A stretch of 64,000 nt of DNA from an uncultured Acidobacteriota bacterium (GTDB taxonomy: Bacteria; Acidobacteriota; Vicinamibacteria; Fen-336): NCBI GenBank assembly GCA_963720545.1, contig OY970399.1:3168001-3232000 (forward strand), read 5' to 3'. Numbering within the stretch: the stretch's first letter is position 1; the number at the start of each line of letters is the position of its first letter. Position numbers and translations under genes: made by a program. The notes under the pieces were generated by a model. It was not told the DNA's origin. It made no database searches and worked only from the letters and a program-made list of their open reading frames with translations. Shown piece after piece: positions 8,971-23,128 of this stretch.

Positions 8971-9761
8971 TCGCGCCTTCCTCGCGCGCGTCGCTGCCGC
9001 TCCCCGGCGGCGGCAGCGTGCCGCTGCGGCGCATCCTCGGCGTGCCGGTCGCGGCCGTAACCATGGCGCAGGCGCTCGACCTGGTGACGGCGGCGATTGC
9101 GACGCGCAAGCGCCTGCAGATCGGCGTCGTCAACGCCGCCAAGGTCGTGAACATGGGCCGCGACGCCTTCCTGCGCGACGACGTGCTGAGCTCCGACGTG
9201 ATCTTCGCCGACGGCATGGCGGTGGTGTGGGCCGGCAAGGTGCTGGGCGAGCCGCTGCCCGAGCGCGTGCCCGGCATCGATTTGATGATGGGCATCATGG
9301 CGCGCGGCAACCAGCGCGGCTGGCGCGTGTTCTTCCTCGGCGCGACCCGCGAGGTGCTCGACGAGGTGCTGGCGCGGGCGCGCGTCGACTTTCCGGGCCT
9401 GGTGGCGGCGGGCTCGCAGGACGGCTACTTCAAGCCAGACGCCGAAGAGGCGGTGGCAGCCGCCATCGCGGCGGCGCGCGCCGACGTCCTGTTCGTCGCC
9501 ATGACCTCGCCGAAGAAGGAGAAGTTCCTGGCGCGCTTCAGCGACGCCATGGGCGTGCCCGTCTGCCACGGCGTCGGCGGCTCCTTCGACGTCTACTCGG
9601 GCAAGGTGCAGCGCGCCCCCGAAGCCTGGCAGCGGCTCGGCATGGAATGGCTTTATCGTGTGAAGCAGGAGCCCGGCCGGCTCTGGCGCCGCTACCTGGT
9701 GACGAACGCGCTGTTCGGCAGGATGCTGGCGGCGGAGTGGCTGCGGCGCCGCACCGGCTAG
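8967..9761 (+). CDS. WecG/TagA/CpsF family glycosyltransferase (GT26)
   Basis: VNAAK, ADGMAVVW, ERVPGIDL, FVAMTSPKKE, GVGGSFDV, EWLYRVKQEPGRLWRRY. ATGA overlap at 8967. Confidence 0.92.
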   Translation: MIAPSSRASLPLPGGGSVPLRRILGVPVAAVTMAQALDLVTAAIATRKRLQIGVVNAAKVVNMGRDAFLRDDVLSSDVIFADGMAVVWAGKVLGEPLPERVPGIDLMMGIMARGNQRGWRVFFLGATREVLDEVLARARVDFPGLVAAGSQDGYFKPDAEEAVAAAIAAARADVLFVAMTSPKKEKFLARFSDAMGVPVCHGVGGSFDVYSGKVQRAPEAWQRLGMEWLYRVKQEPGRLWRRYLVTNALFGRMLAAEWLRRRTG

Positions 9762-9774
9762 AAGGCCAGGACCA

Positions 9775-11190
9775 ATGATCCGCACGCTGGCGCTGTTCGC
9801 CTACATCCTCGGCTTCTCGGGGTACGCCTACCGGAACTGGTACCTGTCGCTGTGCGCGCTCATCATCCTCAACCCGGTCAACCAGCATCCCGACATGCCC
9901 GATGCGATCCTCGGCATTCCAGGCCTCAGCCCGTGGAACTTCCTGCTGCTGAACGTGGTCATGGCGTGGCTGCTGCAGCGCGGCCGGGAACGCGCGCGCT
10001 TCGATCCGCCGCCGCTGATCGCTGCCCTGTCCTTCTGCTATTTCACGGTGCTGATGGTCGGCTGGCTGCGGATGTACGTGGACATCGCCGACATCGAGGG
10101 CGTCTCGAAACTCGACCTCATCACCGACTGGCTGATCAACAGCATCAAGTGGGTGGTTCCGGGGATCCTGCTGTTCGACGGCGCACGCACCCCCAAACGC
10201 CTGCGCCTCGCGATCCTGACGATCTGCGGGATCTACGTGCTGTTCGCCCTGCAGGTGCTGAAGTGGATGCCGCCGTGGACCATCCTGAACGGCGACGAGC
10301 TGCAGAAGCGCGCGATCAAGCTGATCGAGAAGGAGATGGGCTACAGCCGCGTCAACATGTCGATGATGCTAGCCGGCGGCAGCTGGGCACTTTTGTGCGC
10401 GCGCGAGATCTTCACGGCCAAGCGCGTGCGGCTGCTGGCGTTCGGGCTGTTCCTGATGGTCGGCTTCGCGCAGGCGATGACCGGCGGGCGCATGGGTTAC
10501 GTCACCTGGATCGCGATCGGCGCCATCCTCAGCTTCGTGCGCTGGCGGCGTTACCTGATCCTGGGGCCGGCATTGATCATGGTGATCATCGCCTTCGTGC
10601 CCGCGGTGCGCGACCGCGCCCTCACCGGAGTCCAGGACAGCAACATGTCCGGCGAGGAGGTGCAGGTGAACACCGCCGAGATGACCTCCGATCGCACCAT
10701 CATCTGGCCGGCGGTCATTGAAAAGATCAAGACGGCGCCGGTGGCCGGCTTTGGCCTGATGGCGATGAAGCGCACGGGCCTGTCGCAGGAATTCCACGAC
10801 CTCGAGTTTCCGCACCCGCACAACGCCTACCTCGAGATCCTGCTCGATGCCGGGCTCATCGGGTTCATCCCGGTGGTGGGGTTCTTCCTGGTGGTCTTCT
10901 TCTATTCGGCGCGGCTCTTCATGCGGCCGCGCAACGCCAGCGAGCGTGCGGTGGGCGGCATGACCTTCGCGCTGGTGCTGGCGCTGATCGTCGCCGCGTT
11001 CGGCAGCCAGCATTTCCTGCCGCAGGAAGGCGGGGTGGGCATGTGGTGCGCGATCGGCCTGTGCACGCGGCTCACCGCCGACCGCGCCCGCGCCCGGGTG
11101 CGTGCGCGCCGCGACCGGCTGGCCGGCCGGCACGCGTCGCTGGCGGCGCCGGCGCCGCCGGCAGCGCCGCCGCGGGCAGCCGCGCGTTGA
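9775..11190 (+). CDS. O-antigen ligase/Wzy-like polymerase family membrane protein
   Basis: Multiple hydrophobic segments, TGGRMG, DRTIIW, HPHNAYLEILLDAGLIG. Confidence 0.85.
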   Translation: MIRTLALFAYILGFSGYAYRNWYLSLCALIILNPVNQHPDMPDAILGIPGLSPWNFLLLNVVMAWLLQRGRERARFDPPPLIAALSFCYFTVLMVGWLRMYVDIADIEGVSKLDLITDWLINSIKWVVPGILLFDGARTPKRLRLAILTICGIYVLFALQVLKWMPPWTILNGDELQKRAIKLIEKEMGYSRVNMSMMLAGGSWALLCAREIFTAKRVRLLAFGLFLMVGFAQAMTGGRMGYVTWIAIGAILSFVRWRRYLILGPALIMVIIAFVPAVRDRALTGVQDSNMSGEEVQVNTAEMTSDRTIIWPAVIEKIKTAPVAGFGLMAMKRTGLSQEFHDLEFPHPHNAYLEILLDAGLIGFIPVVGFFLVVFFYSARLFMRPRNASERAVGGMTFALVLALIVAAFGSQHFLPQEGGVGMWCAIGLCTRLTADRARARVRARRDRLAGRHASLAAPAPPAAPPRAAAR

Positions 11191-12162
11191 GGATCCCCTA
11201 CGTCTACCTGCTGGCGGCGAGCCATTCCGGCTCGACGCTCCTCGCCATGCTGCTGAACGCGCATCCCGACCTCGCCACAGTCGGCGAGATCGTCTCGGGC
11301 AGCCACCGCGTGCTCGACGGCTATCGCTGCTCGTGCCGCCGATTGATCGTCGAGTGCCCGTTCTGGGCGCAGCTCAGCGAGCGCATGCGCGCCCGGCATC
11401 CCGCGTTCAACCTCGCCGACTTCGGCATCAGGCTGCAGATGCAACAGCCGTGGTGGGTGGCACGCGCGCTGCGCGCCGAGCACCGCGGTGCCTTCCTCGA
11501 AGGCGTGCGCGACGCGGCGCTCGCCGCCTCGCCCGCGTTTCGCAGCCACATCCGCGTGCAGGAAGAGCGCCTCGCCGACTTCGCGCGCACCGTCCTCGAG
11601 CTGCGCGGCGCGCGCATCCTGGTCGATTCCTCGAAGCTCGCGCACCGGCTGAAATTCGTGCTGCGCATGCCTTCCTTCGACGTCAAGGTGATCCATCTGG
11701 TGCGCGACGGCCGCGCGGTGGCGCTCACTTACATGGACGAGCAGTCGTTCGCCGACGCCGCCGACCCGTCGCTGCGCCGCGGCGGGCGCGGTGCGCAGGC
11801 GGCGGCGCGCGCGATGCCCATGGCGCGCGCGGCGGGCGAATGGCGGCGCGCGGTCGCGGGCGCGACCAACCTGCTCGGCGGCCTGGAGCCGTCGCGCTGG
11901 ACGCGCATCACCTACGAGGACCTGTGCAGCGACACCGACGGCCACGCTCGACAAGGTGTTCCGCTTCATCGGCGTCGACCCGGGCCGCATGCGCCGCGAG
12001 TTCCGCAGCGCCGAGCACCACGTGGTGGGCAACGGCATGCGGCTCGACAGCACCTCCGAGATCCGCCTCGACGAACGCTGGCGCTCGGTGCTGACGGCAC
12101 CCGAGCTGCGCGAGTTCGACGCCGCCGCGGGCGCCGAGAACCAGCGCTTCGGATACCGCTGA
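11187..12162 (+). CDS. PAPS-dependent sulfotransferase, one frameshift near 11941
   Basis: 5'-PSB ASHSGSTLL, VDSSK, IHLVRDGRAV, ITYEDL. The natural C-terminus (ATLDKVFRFIG...HHVVGNGMR...NQRFGYR) lies in another frame ending at 12162. Confidence 0.8.
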
Positions 12163-12164
12163 AC

Positions 12165-13403
12165 GTGTCCGGCGCCGTCGTGCTGCGCCGCTGGCCGCAT
12201 CCCTATCGCGCGATCCTCGCGATCTGCAGCGACCTCGACGAAACCCCGACGCGCGCCGTCTACGAGGACACCGCGCGCTTCCTCAACACGGCGCAAACCG
12301 TCGGCGCGATGGGGCAGGGCGTCGATCTCGAGGTGGGCAACACCATCTATTTCGACATGCCGAAAGAGCAGTTTTCTTACCGCAATACCGACGATGCCGG
12401 CCGCGCGCGCCTGCACCAGCTCATGCGCAGCGGCCACATCGACGCGTTCCACTCGTTCGGCGACTACGCGACAACGCGCGCCCACGCCGCGCGCGCGCTC
12501 GACGACCTGGTGCGCCACGACTGCACGCTCGGCGTGTGGATCGACCACGCGGTAGCGCCGTCGAACTTCGGCGCCGACATCATGCGCGGCAGCGGCGACG
12601 TGGTAGGGCACGAGGCGTATCACGCCGACCTGACCTGCGGCTTCGGCGTGCGTTATGTCTGGCGCGGCCGGGTCACGAGCGTCATCGGCCAGGACGCGCC
12701 GCGCTCGCTGCAAGGCGTCTTCGACCCGCAGCATCCCGCCGCCTCGCTGCGCACCGTCGCAAAGGAATGGGCCAAGGGTGCCTTGGCGCGCGCCGGCAAC
12801 GCCAAGTACGACATCCACCCGGCGAACGAGGTGCTCCGCCCCGCCAGGCTGCGCGACGGCCGGCAGGTGTTCGAGTTCCTGCGCGCCAACCCCTACTGGG
12901 AATCGGTGACCACCGGCGAGACCGCCGGGGGGTTTGCGGGCGTCGTCACGCGGCGCATGCTCGACACGCTGGTGCGGCGCGGCGGCGTGCAGATTCTCTA
13001 CACGCACCTCGGCAAGATCGCGCGGCTGGACGAGCCTCTCGAGGCGGAGACGCGCGCCGCGCTGCGGCTGCTGCGCGACTACCGCGACGCCGGCGGCATC
13101 CTGGTGACGACCACGCGCCGGGCCCTCGACTTCGCGCGCGCACGCCGCGAGGTCTCGGCGGTGGTGCAGGTGGCGGCGGGCACCTGCGAGGTCGCTCTCA
13201 CCGTACCCACCGAATGGACCGAAGTTTCACCGGACAACCCGCGCAGCATGCTGTGCGGGCTCACCGTGCACGTGCCGAAAGCGGCCGCCTATCGCGTGCT
13301 GATCAACGGCGCGCGCTACGACGGCTTCGCGCAGAACCCGGCCGACGAGACCGGCGAGCGCAGCCTGTCCCTGCCGTGGCCGCGGCTTGCCTGGCCCGGC
13401 TGA
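12165..13403 (+). CDS. Hypothetical protein, possibly polysaccharide deacetylase-like (NodB/CE4-type barrel)
   Basis: WPHPYRAILAICSDLDET, DAFHSFG, VWIDH, ILYTHLG are metal-ligand-like motifs. GTG start just after the sulfotransferase stop. Confidence 0.55.
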   Translation: MSGAVVLRRWPHPYRAILAICSDLDETPTRAVYEDTARFLNTAQTVGAMGQGVDLEVGNTIYFDMPKEQFSYRNTDDAGRARLHQLMRSGHIDAFHSFGDYATTRAHAARALDDLVRHDCTLGVWIDHAVAPSNFGADIMRGSGDVVGHEAYHADLTCGFGVRYVWRGRVTSVIGQDAPRSLQGVFDPQHPAASLRTVAKEWAKGALARAGNAKYDIHPANEVLRPARLRDGRQVFEFLRANPYWESVTTGETAGGFAGVVTRRMLDTLVRRGGVQILYTHLGKIARLDEPLEAETRAALRLLRDYRDAGGILVTTTRRALDFARARREVSAVVQVAAGTCEVALTVPTEWTEVSPDNPRSMLCGLTVHVPKAAAYRVLINGARYDGFAQNPADETGERSLSLPWPRLAWPG

Positions 13404-13420
13404 GCGCTATACTTCCGCGC

Positions 13421-13597
13421 ATGGCATTCGAGGGCTCCCGCGAGAAACTCGGCATCGTCTCGGAACTCTGGGCGTTCATGAAGATCCGCAAGAAGTGGTG
13501 GCTGGGACCGATCCTGGTGATGATCGCGCTCCTCGGCCTGCTGATCGTCTTCACCCAGGGCACCGCCATTGCGCCCTTCATCTATACGCTCTTCTGA
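13421..13597 (+). CDS. DUF5989/SxtK-like small membrane protein
   Basis: 58 aa with ELWAFMKIRKKWWLGPI and the characteristic APFIYTLF end. TATACT 7 nt upstream. Confidence 0.85.
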   Translation: MAFEGSREKLGIVSELWAFMKIRKKWWLGPILVMIALLGLLIVFTQGTAIAPFIYTLF

Positions 13598-13602
13598 GCT
13601 AG

Positions 13603-14491
13603 CTACAGCCGCCAGGCGGACGCGACCGCGAAGATCAGGATCGTCAATCCCGCGGTCAGCAGGCTGTTGCGGTCGCGAATTGCGAACGCCACCGGATCGC
13701 CCTCGAGCTTGCCGCGCTTCGCCAGGAACCAGATGCGCAGGATCCAGTAGAGCAGCAGCGGACACATCGTCCACAGGACGTTGACGTTGCGGTAGTAGCG
13801 CCGCACGTCCTCGCCGCTTATGTACATGGCGAGGACCAGCACCGCGAGGAAGCCGCTGGTGGCGCCGCAGGTGAGGATCAGGTCGAGCTCGTCGATGCGG
13901 TAGTTGCGGCCGAGCGCCTGCTGGCCGTTGCCGGCGAGCACCAGCCGCAGCTCGGTGTAGCGCTTGACGAAGGCGAGGCTCAGGAACATGAACATCGAAA
14001 ACGCCAGCAGCCATGCCGAGACGGCCACCTGCGCGGCCTCGCCGCCGGCCAGGATGCGCAGCGTGTAGAGGCTGGCCAGCAGCATGACGTCGAGCAGCAG
14101 CTTGCGCTTGAAGTAGGCGGAGTAGGTGACGGTCGCCACCAGGTAGAGAAGCAGCAGCGCCAGGAACGAACGCGGCAGCTTCCCCAGCAGCGCCACTGCC
14201 GCGGACGCTCGCGAGCAGCAGGACGAAGCCAACGGCGCCGGCGCGCACCGACAGGGCGCCGCTCGCGAACGGCCGGTGCTTCTTGTGCGGATGCTGGCGG
14301 TCGGCCGTCAGGTCGAGGAGGTCGTTCAGCACGTAGCCGCCCGAGGCGACGAGGCAGAAGGCTGCGAAGGCCATGAGCACGGCCGTGACCCTGGCCACGT
14401 CGTAAACGTGGTGGGCGAGGATCAGCGGCACGAAGACCAGCGTGTTCTTCACCCACTGATGAGGCCGGAGCGCTTTCGACCAGGCTCTCGT
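13603..14491 (-). CDS. UbiA-family prenyltransferase (decaprenyl-phosphate phosphoribosyltransferase-like), frameshift near 14200
   Basis: LRPHQWVKNTLVFVP, YVLNDLLD, DRQHPHKKHRPFASG in one frame. YSAYFKRKLLLDV, LRILAG, KRYTEL, GDPVAFAIRD in another. GAGGAGG precedes an in-frame ACG at 14491. Confidence 0.8.
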
Positions 14492-14513
14492 GGCGTTCCT
14501 CCTCGCTGCGGCT

Positions 14514-15598
14514 TCAGGCGCCGTCGACGCGCCTGGCGAAGCGCTCGAACAGGTAGCTGGAATCGTGCGGCCCGGGTGACGCTTCCGGGTGGTACTGTAC
14601 CGCGAACGCGGCGAGATCGTCGTGCGTGAAGCCCTCGAGGCTGCTGTCGTAGAGGCTCACGTGGGTGGCGCGCGCGCCCGCCGCCGCCAGGCTGTTCCCG
14701 TCTACGGCAAAGCCGTGGTTCTGGCTGGTGATCTCGACGCGGCCGGTCTCCCGGTCGAGCACCGGGTGATTGGCGCCGTGGTGGCCGGTCTTCAGTTTGT
14801 AGGTGGTCGCGCCGAGCGCCAGCGCCAGCAGCTGCTGGCCGAGGCAGATGCCGAAGACCGGCAGCCTGCCCAGGACCGAGCGCAGCGTGTCGATGGTGCC
14901 CGAGACCGCCGCGGGGTCGCCCGGCCCGTTGCCCACCAGCAGGCCCGCGGGCTTCAACTCGAGGATCTGGCCGAGCGACGCGTCGCCGCGCAACACGTAG
15001 ACGGCGTTGCCGCGCGCCACGATGTTCTTGACGATCGTCGACTTGATGCCGCAGTCGAGCGCGACCACGGCGCGCCCCAGCGAGGGATCGCCGACCAGGA
15101 AGCCGCCCTCGGGCATGACCTTTACCGCGAGGTTCTGTCCGTCCATGGTGGCAAGGCCGCGGGCGCGCGCCACGATTTCCGTCGCGCTCTCCATCTCGGT
15201 GGTGAGCACGCCGCGCAGCGCGCCCAGCACCCGCAGCCGCCGGGTGAGGGCGCGGGTGTCGATGCCGGTGAGGCCGATGACGCCGTTCTCGCGCAGGTAC
15301 GAATCGAGGTCGCCGGTGGCGCGCTGGTTGCTGACGCGGCGCGACAGCTCCTTCACGACGAAGCCGGAGAGGAAGGTGCCGCGCGACTCGGCGTCCTGCT
15401 GGTTGATGCCGTAGTTGCCGATCTGCGGCGCCGTCATGGTGACGATCTGACCGCAGTAGGACGGGTCGGTGAGGATCTCCTGGTAGCCGGTCATGGCGGT
15501 GTTGAACACCACCTCGCCTTCCGCGGTGCCGGACGCGCCGAAGCCGCGGCCCGTGAACACGCTGCCGTCCTCGAGCCCAAGCCGGCAGATCGCGGCCA

Positions 15599-15599
<1 letters not shown>
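14514..15599 (-). CDS. carA: Carbamoyl-phosphate synthase small (glutaminase) subunit
   Basis: GEVVFNTAMTGYQEILTDPSY, GNGPGDP, FGICLGQQ, TSQNHGF, QYHPEASPGPHD. TGATG overlap with the carB stop. Confidence 0.96.
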
Positions 15600-19105
<3,506 letters not shown>

Positions 19106-19146
19106 GCGGTCCGACGGCCAAGTCTACACGGGTAAGCTGTGCAGCG

Positions 19147-20357
19147 ATGAAAGGCATCTCCGTCGCGTTCTTTCACGGGCTTTGCCGCGCGCTCACGCTC
19201 GCTCAGCGCATGGCCGTGAAAGCCGCCGGCGCAACGAGGCGGCGTCGGCCACCGCCAGACGGGGCGGAAATCCTGCTGACGGCAACCTTTCACTCGGACA
19301 ACTGGATCGGCGCCCACATCCGGCCGCTGGCAGCCTCCGCCGCGGTGAACAGGGTGCGCATCGTCGCCACCCGCACCGTTCCGGATGTCGAGAAAGTCGT
19401 GGCGATCTACCCGCCTGACCTGCTGCGCAAGCTGATCGGCGGCGTCCCCGCGCGCCTCGTGTGGTTCACATGGGAAGCGCTGCGGCGCCCAGCCGACATC
19501 GTCGGCGGCTTCCACCTGCTCTTCAACGGGCTGCTCACGACCGTCCTGGCGAAACTCACCGGAGCGCGTTCTCTCTACTTCTGCGTCGGCGGCGCCGCCG
19601 AAGTCGAAAAGGGCGGGCTGGCCTCGGAGAACCGCGTGTTCACGAGGATGCGCACAGCAGACGTGGTCGTGGAACGGCGCCTGCTCGCCGCCGTTTCCGA
19701 CTTCGACCAGGTCATCACCATGGGCACGGCGGGGAAGCGCTACTTCGAAACGAAGCGCGTGACGAGCCCGATCGCCATCGTCTCCGGCGGCATCGACACG
19801 AAGCGCTTCGAACCATTCACGGGCGAACCCGAATGGGACGTGGTCTTCGTCGGCCGCTTCGCACCCATCAAGCGCCCCGACCTGTTTCTGCGCACCGTCG
19901 CAGAACTGAAAAAACAGCGACCTGCGATCCGCGCCGCGATGCTCGGCGACGGCGTGCTCAAGGCTGATATGGAAGCCCTCGCAAGGGAACTTGGGCTCCA
20001 GGAGGCCGTGACCTTCGCCGGACTGCGCCCGGATGTCGAGCGCTACGTCCGCCGCTCACGCATCTTCGTCAACACCTCCGACTCGGAAGGCCTGCCGCTC
20101 TCGGTGATGGAAGCCATGGCCTGTGGCGTGCCGTGCGTCGTCTCCGACGTCGGCGACATGCGCGACCTGGTGAAGGACGGCGTCAACGGCCACGTCGTCC
20201 CCGGCCGCACGCCCAAGGACTTCGCCGACCGCATCGGGCCCCTGCTGGCCGACCCGACCCGCCTCGCCCAGTTCCGTCTCGCCGCCCGCACCGCCGCCGA
20301 ATCCTGCGAGATACAACGGTCGCCGCCCGCTGGACCGAAATCTTGCGCGACTTCTAG
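19147..20357 (+). CDS. Glycosyltransferase family 4, probable frameshift near 20315
   Basis: FVGRFAPIKRPD, SDSEGLPLSVMEAMACGVP, SDVGD. The natural end VAARWTEILRDF* is in another frame with stop at 20357. Confidence 0.85.
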
Positions 20358-21553
20358 CGGGTCGGGATTTCGATTGTGCGGGTGTAGTAGCCGAGGTCGA
20401 GGCGGCGGGTGCGCAGGCCGGGGGCGCGGATGGCGAGGGCGATCTGGTAGCGGCCTAGGGTCTTTGGCTTGAAGGTGTGGGACCAGAGGGTCCATGGTGC
20501 TTCCGGGCTGCGGTCGACGGTATCTACGGCTTCGAACTTTGCTTCGGGGGTGAAGCGGATGCGTAGTGCGCCGTTCGGGATGCGGCCGCCCCACTGGACG
20601 CCGGTGATCCGGTAGGAAACTGAGCCTGCGGTCGAGCGCATGACGTCGACGCGCACCGCGACAGCGGCGGGATCGATTGTGGCGGGCTCGAAGTCCTTCG
20701 CGAACTGCGGGCCTTCGGGGCGGCGGCCGGATGCGATGAGGGCGCGGTCGCGTGAGTTCGTTGGTTGGTGGGTGCGGCCGGCGTATTCGCGCATCTGGCT
20801 GGTGGCCGGGGCGTCGTCGGCGACGAGTTCGATCGCGTTCACCCACTTGATGGCCGTGCAGGCGTACCAGCCGGGCATCACCAGGCGCAGCGGCGCGCCG
20901 TGGTCGCGACTGAGCGGCTCGCCGTTCATCGTGGTGGCCAGGAATGCTTTCGCCCTGCGCAGCTCGTCGCGGCTGAAGATCCAGCTGGCGCCGGCGGTCG
21001 AGCCGGCGTCGAGTGCTGCGTGCTCGTCGTAGCCGCTCACCAACACGCGCATTGCGCCTTGCGGCCGGGCGGGTTCGAGGATGGAATCCAGCGGTACCCC
21101 GGTGAAACGGGCGGCGCTGATGAAGCCGAAGCGGGCACCCACCGAGTTGCCTGCGCATTCGAGCAGGTGCGTGCCTTGCGGCACTGCCTTGCGCTGCAGG
21201 TCGGCGATTCCCAAGTGCTGCGGCTTTGCGACCAAGCCGGTGATGTTCACCGTCCAGGTGCTGGCTGCGGGCAGGTCTTCCGGTGCTCCGGTGCGGATGA
21301 AGAACTGTTCGCTGCCGGTTACGAGGGTGCCGGGCGTGAGTGCTTGCAGGTCGAGCGCGCGGCGTTGTCCGAGTCCCGCGCCGATGCTTGTGCCGGTGGG
21401 GAACGCGCCGTCGTCAACGAAGGGCACGATGCCCACTTTGCGTTCATTGGCGCGGGCCGCGAAGCCGTGGGCGAGCGCTGCGTCGACCGGCGTGAGGAAA
21501 GCAGCGAGTGCCGTCGCCGAGGTTTCGAGAAATGCGCGCCGCGAACCCGTCAA
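20354..21553 (-). CDS. Tat-exported molybdopterin oxidoreductase, sulfite oxidase family
   Basis: TTG start gives MTGSRRAFL (twin-arginine). FFIRT, LECAGN (Mo-ligand Cys), MNGEPLSRDHGAPLRLVMPGWYACTAIKWV. Confidence 0.82.
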   Translation of the reverse strand: MTGSRRAFLETSATALAAFLTPVDAALAHGFAARANERKVGIVPFVDDGAFPTGTSIGAGLGQRRALDLQALTPGTLVTGSEQFFIRTGAPEDLPAASTWTVNITGLVAKPQHLGIADLQRKAVPQGTHLLECAGNSVGARFGFISAARFTGVPLDSILEPARPQGAMRVLVSGYDEHAALDAGSTAGASWIFSRDELRRAKAFLATTMNGEPLSRDHGAPLRLVMPGWYACTAIKWVNAIELVADDAPATSQMREYAGRTHQPTNSRDRALIASGRRPEGPQFAKDFEPATIDPAAVAVRVDVMRSTAGSVSYRITGVQWGGRIPNGALRIRFTPEAKFEAVDTVDRSPEAPWTLWSHTFKPKTLGRYQIALAIRAPGLRTRRLDLGYYTRTIEIPTR

Positions 21554-21557
21554 ATGC

Positions 21558-21575
21558 CGCGATGCTAGCATCGCG
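21558..21575. promoter_or_regulatory. Perfect 18-bp palindrome forming a putative bidirectional extended -10 promoter
   Basis: CGCGATGCTAGCATCGCG reads TG-C-TAGCAT on both strands, each followed after 8 nt by an in-frame start (GTG 21580 on +, TTG 21553 on -). Confidence 0.65.
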
Positions 21576-21579
21576 ATCC

Positions 21580-23121
21580 GTGGCATCCCCGGTCTTGCTC
21601 GCGCTGCTGCTCGCTTCCGCGGTGCGCTTTCCCAACTCCGGCGCGGCTGCCGCGCAGCCCGCATTCCTGCGCGGCGTGGAGGCGCTCCACAACTTCCAGT
21701 ACGAGGACGCCGTCGAGGCGTTTCGCGAGGCTCAGGGCAACGACCGCGGCTTTGCCATGGCGTACTGGGGCGAGGCGATGGCCTGCAACCAGACGCTGTG
21801 GCTCAACCAGGATGCCGACGCCGCGCGCGCGGCGCTCGCACGGCTTGCGCCGACACCTCAGGCGCGGCTGGCTCTGGCGCCGACCGAGCGCGAGCAGGGC
21901 TACCTGCGGGCCATCGAGGCGCTGTACGGACCGGGCGAGCGCGCAGCGCGCGATCGTGCCTATGGCGAGTCGATGCGCGAGCTGGCTGGCACGTATCCGG
22001 CCGACCTCGAGGCACGGGCATTCCTCGCACTGGCGCTCATGGGCACCGCGGCGCGCAGTCCGGCTCTCCTTGGCGATGCGGGCGACGATCAACACCAGCA
22101 TGCGCTCGTTGGCAGCGCCGTGCAGCGAGAAGCGGCGGCGATCCTTCGCTCGGTCCTCGCCCTTCGCCCCGACCACCCCGGGGCGCTGCACTACCTGATC
22201 CATGATTACGACGATCCTGCGCACGCGCGCCTGGCGCTGCCCGCGGCGCGCGCCTACGCGAAGGTGGCGCCCGGATCGAGCCACGCGCTGCACATGCCGG
22301 CGCACATCTTTGTGCAGCTCGGCATGTGGCATGACGCGGCTGCCGCCGACCAGGCGTCCTTCGACGCTTCCGATGCATGGGTGAAACGCAAGGCTCTTGG
22401 CATCGCCATGCGCGACTATCACAGTCTCTCGTGGCTTCTTTACGAATCCCTCCAGTTGGGGCGCTTCGCCATGGCGCGCTCGACACTCGACACGATGCAG
22501 TCGGCGGTGAGCGCGTCTGGCGGCGCACCGCGATTGAAGGCGCTTTTCTCCGACATGCGTTCGCGCTACGTGATCGAGGCGCGCGCCTTCGACGATCTGG
22601 CCGGCGCGCGCAGCTTCGACACCAACGGCGAGCTGTTCGCCATCGGCATGAGCGCCGTCGCGCGGCGCGATGCGGGCAGCGCCGATGTTGCCCTCGCCGA
22701 GCTCAAGCGGCGCACAGGCGGCGGGCAGCGCCTCGACATCGCGGTGATGGCGAACGAGCTTGGCGGGCTGCGCGCGCATGCCAATGGGCGGGCGGACGAG
22801 GCGCGCGCGCTACTTGGCGAAGCCGTCAGGCTGGAGCTGCAGCTGCCGCCGCCGCTGGGCCTGCCGCAGCCGGTCAAGCCGGCCGCGGAGTTGTACGCAG
22901 AGACGCTCCTGGCGCTGGGCCAGCCGCGCCTCGCCGCGGCCCAGTTCGAGCGTGCGCTGCAGCGCTGGCCGAACCGCTCGCTTTCGCTCCTTGGCCTGGC
23001 GCGCGCGCGCGCCGCTGCGGGCGAGCGCGTTGCCGCGCGGCGCGCGTATCAACGGTTCCTCGCGAACTGGAGCGGCGCCGACGGGTCGCTGCCCGAACTC
23101 CGGGAGGCGCGCGCTTACTAG
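21580..23121 (+). CDS. Secreted TPR-repeat protein
   Basis: Hydrophobic signal peptide, GVEALHNFQYEDAVEAF, AMAYWGEAM, DHPGALHYLIH, HALHMPAHIF, helical repeats. Confidence 0.75.
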   Translation: MASPVLLALLLASAVRFPNSGAAAAQPAFLRGVEALHNFQYEDAVEAFREAQGNDRGFAMAYWGEAMACNQTLWLNQDADAARAALARLAPTPQARLALAPTEREQGYLRAIEALYGPGERAARDRAYGESMRELAGTYPADLEARAFLALALMGTAARSPALLGDAGDDQHQHALVGSAVQREAAAILRSVLALRPDHPGALHYLIHDYDDPAHARLALPAARAYAKVAPGSSHALHMPAHIFVQLGMWHDAAAADQASFDASDAWVKRKALGIAMRDYHSLSWLLYESLQLGRFAMARSTLDTMQSAVSASGGAPRLKALFSDMRSRYVIEARAFDDLAGARSFDTNGELFAIGMSAVARRDAGSADVALAELKRRTGGGQRLDIAVMANELGGLRAHANGRADEARALLGEAVRLELQLPPPLGLPQPVKPAAELYAETLLALGQPRLAAAQFERALQRWPNRSLSLLGLARARAAAGERVAARRAYQRFLANWSGADGSLPELREARAY

Positions 23122-23128
23122 CGCCTGC

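Noticed and set aside
11043..13403. 786-aa ORF suggesting a sulfotransferase-deacetylase fusion
   Set aside because: The middle section is low-quality Arg-rich sequence, and the true sulfotransferase C-terminus is in another frame ending at 12162. The fusion results from one indel near 11941.
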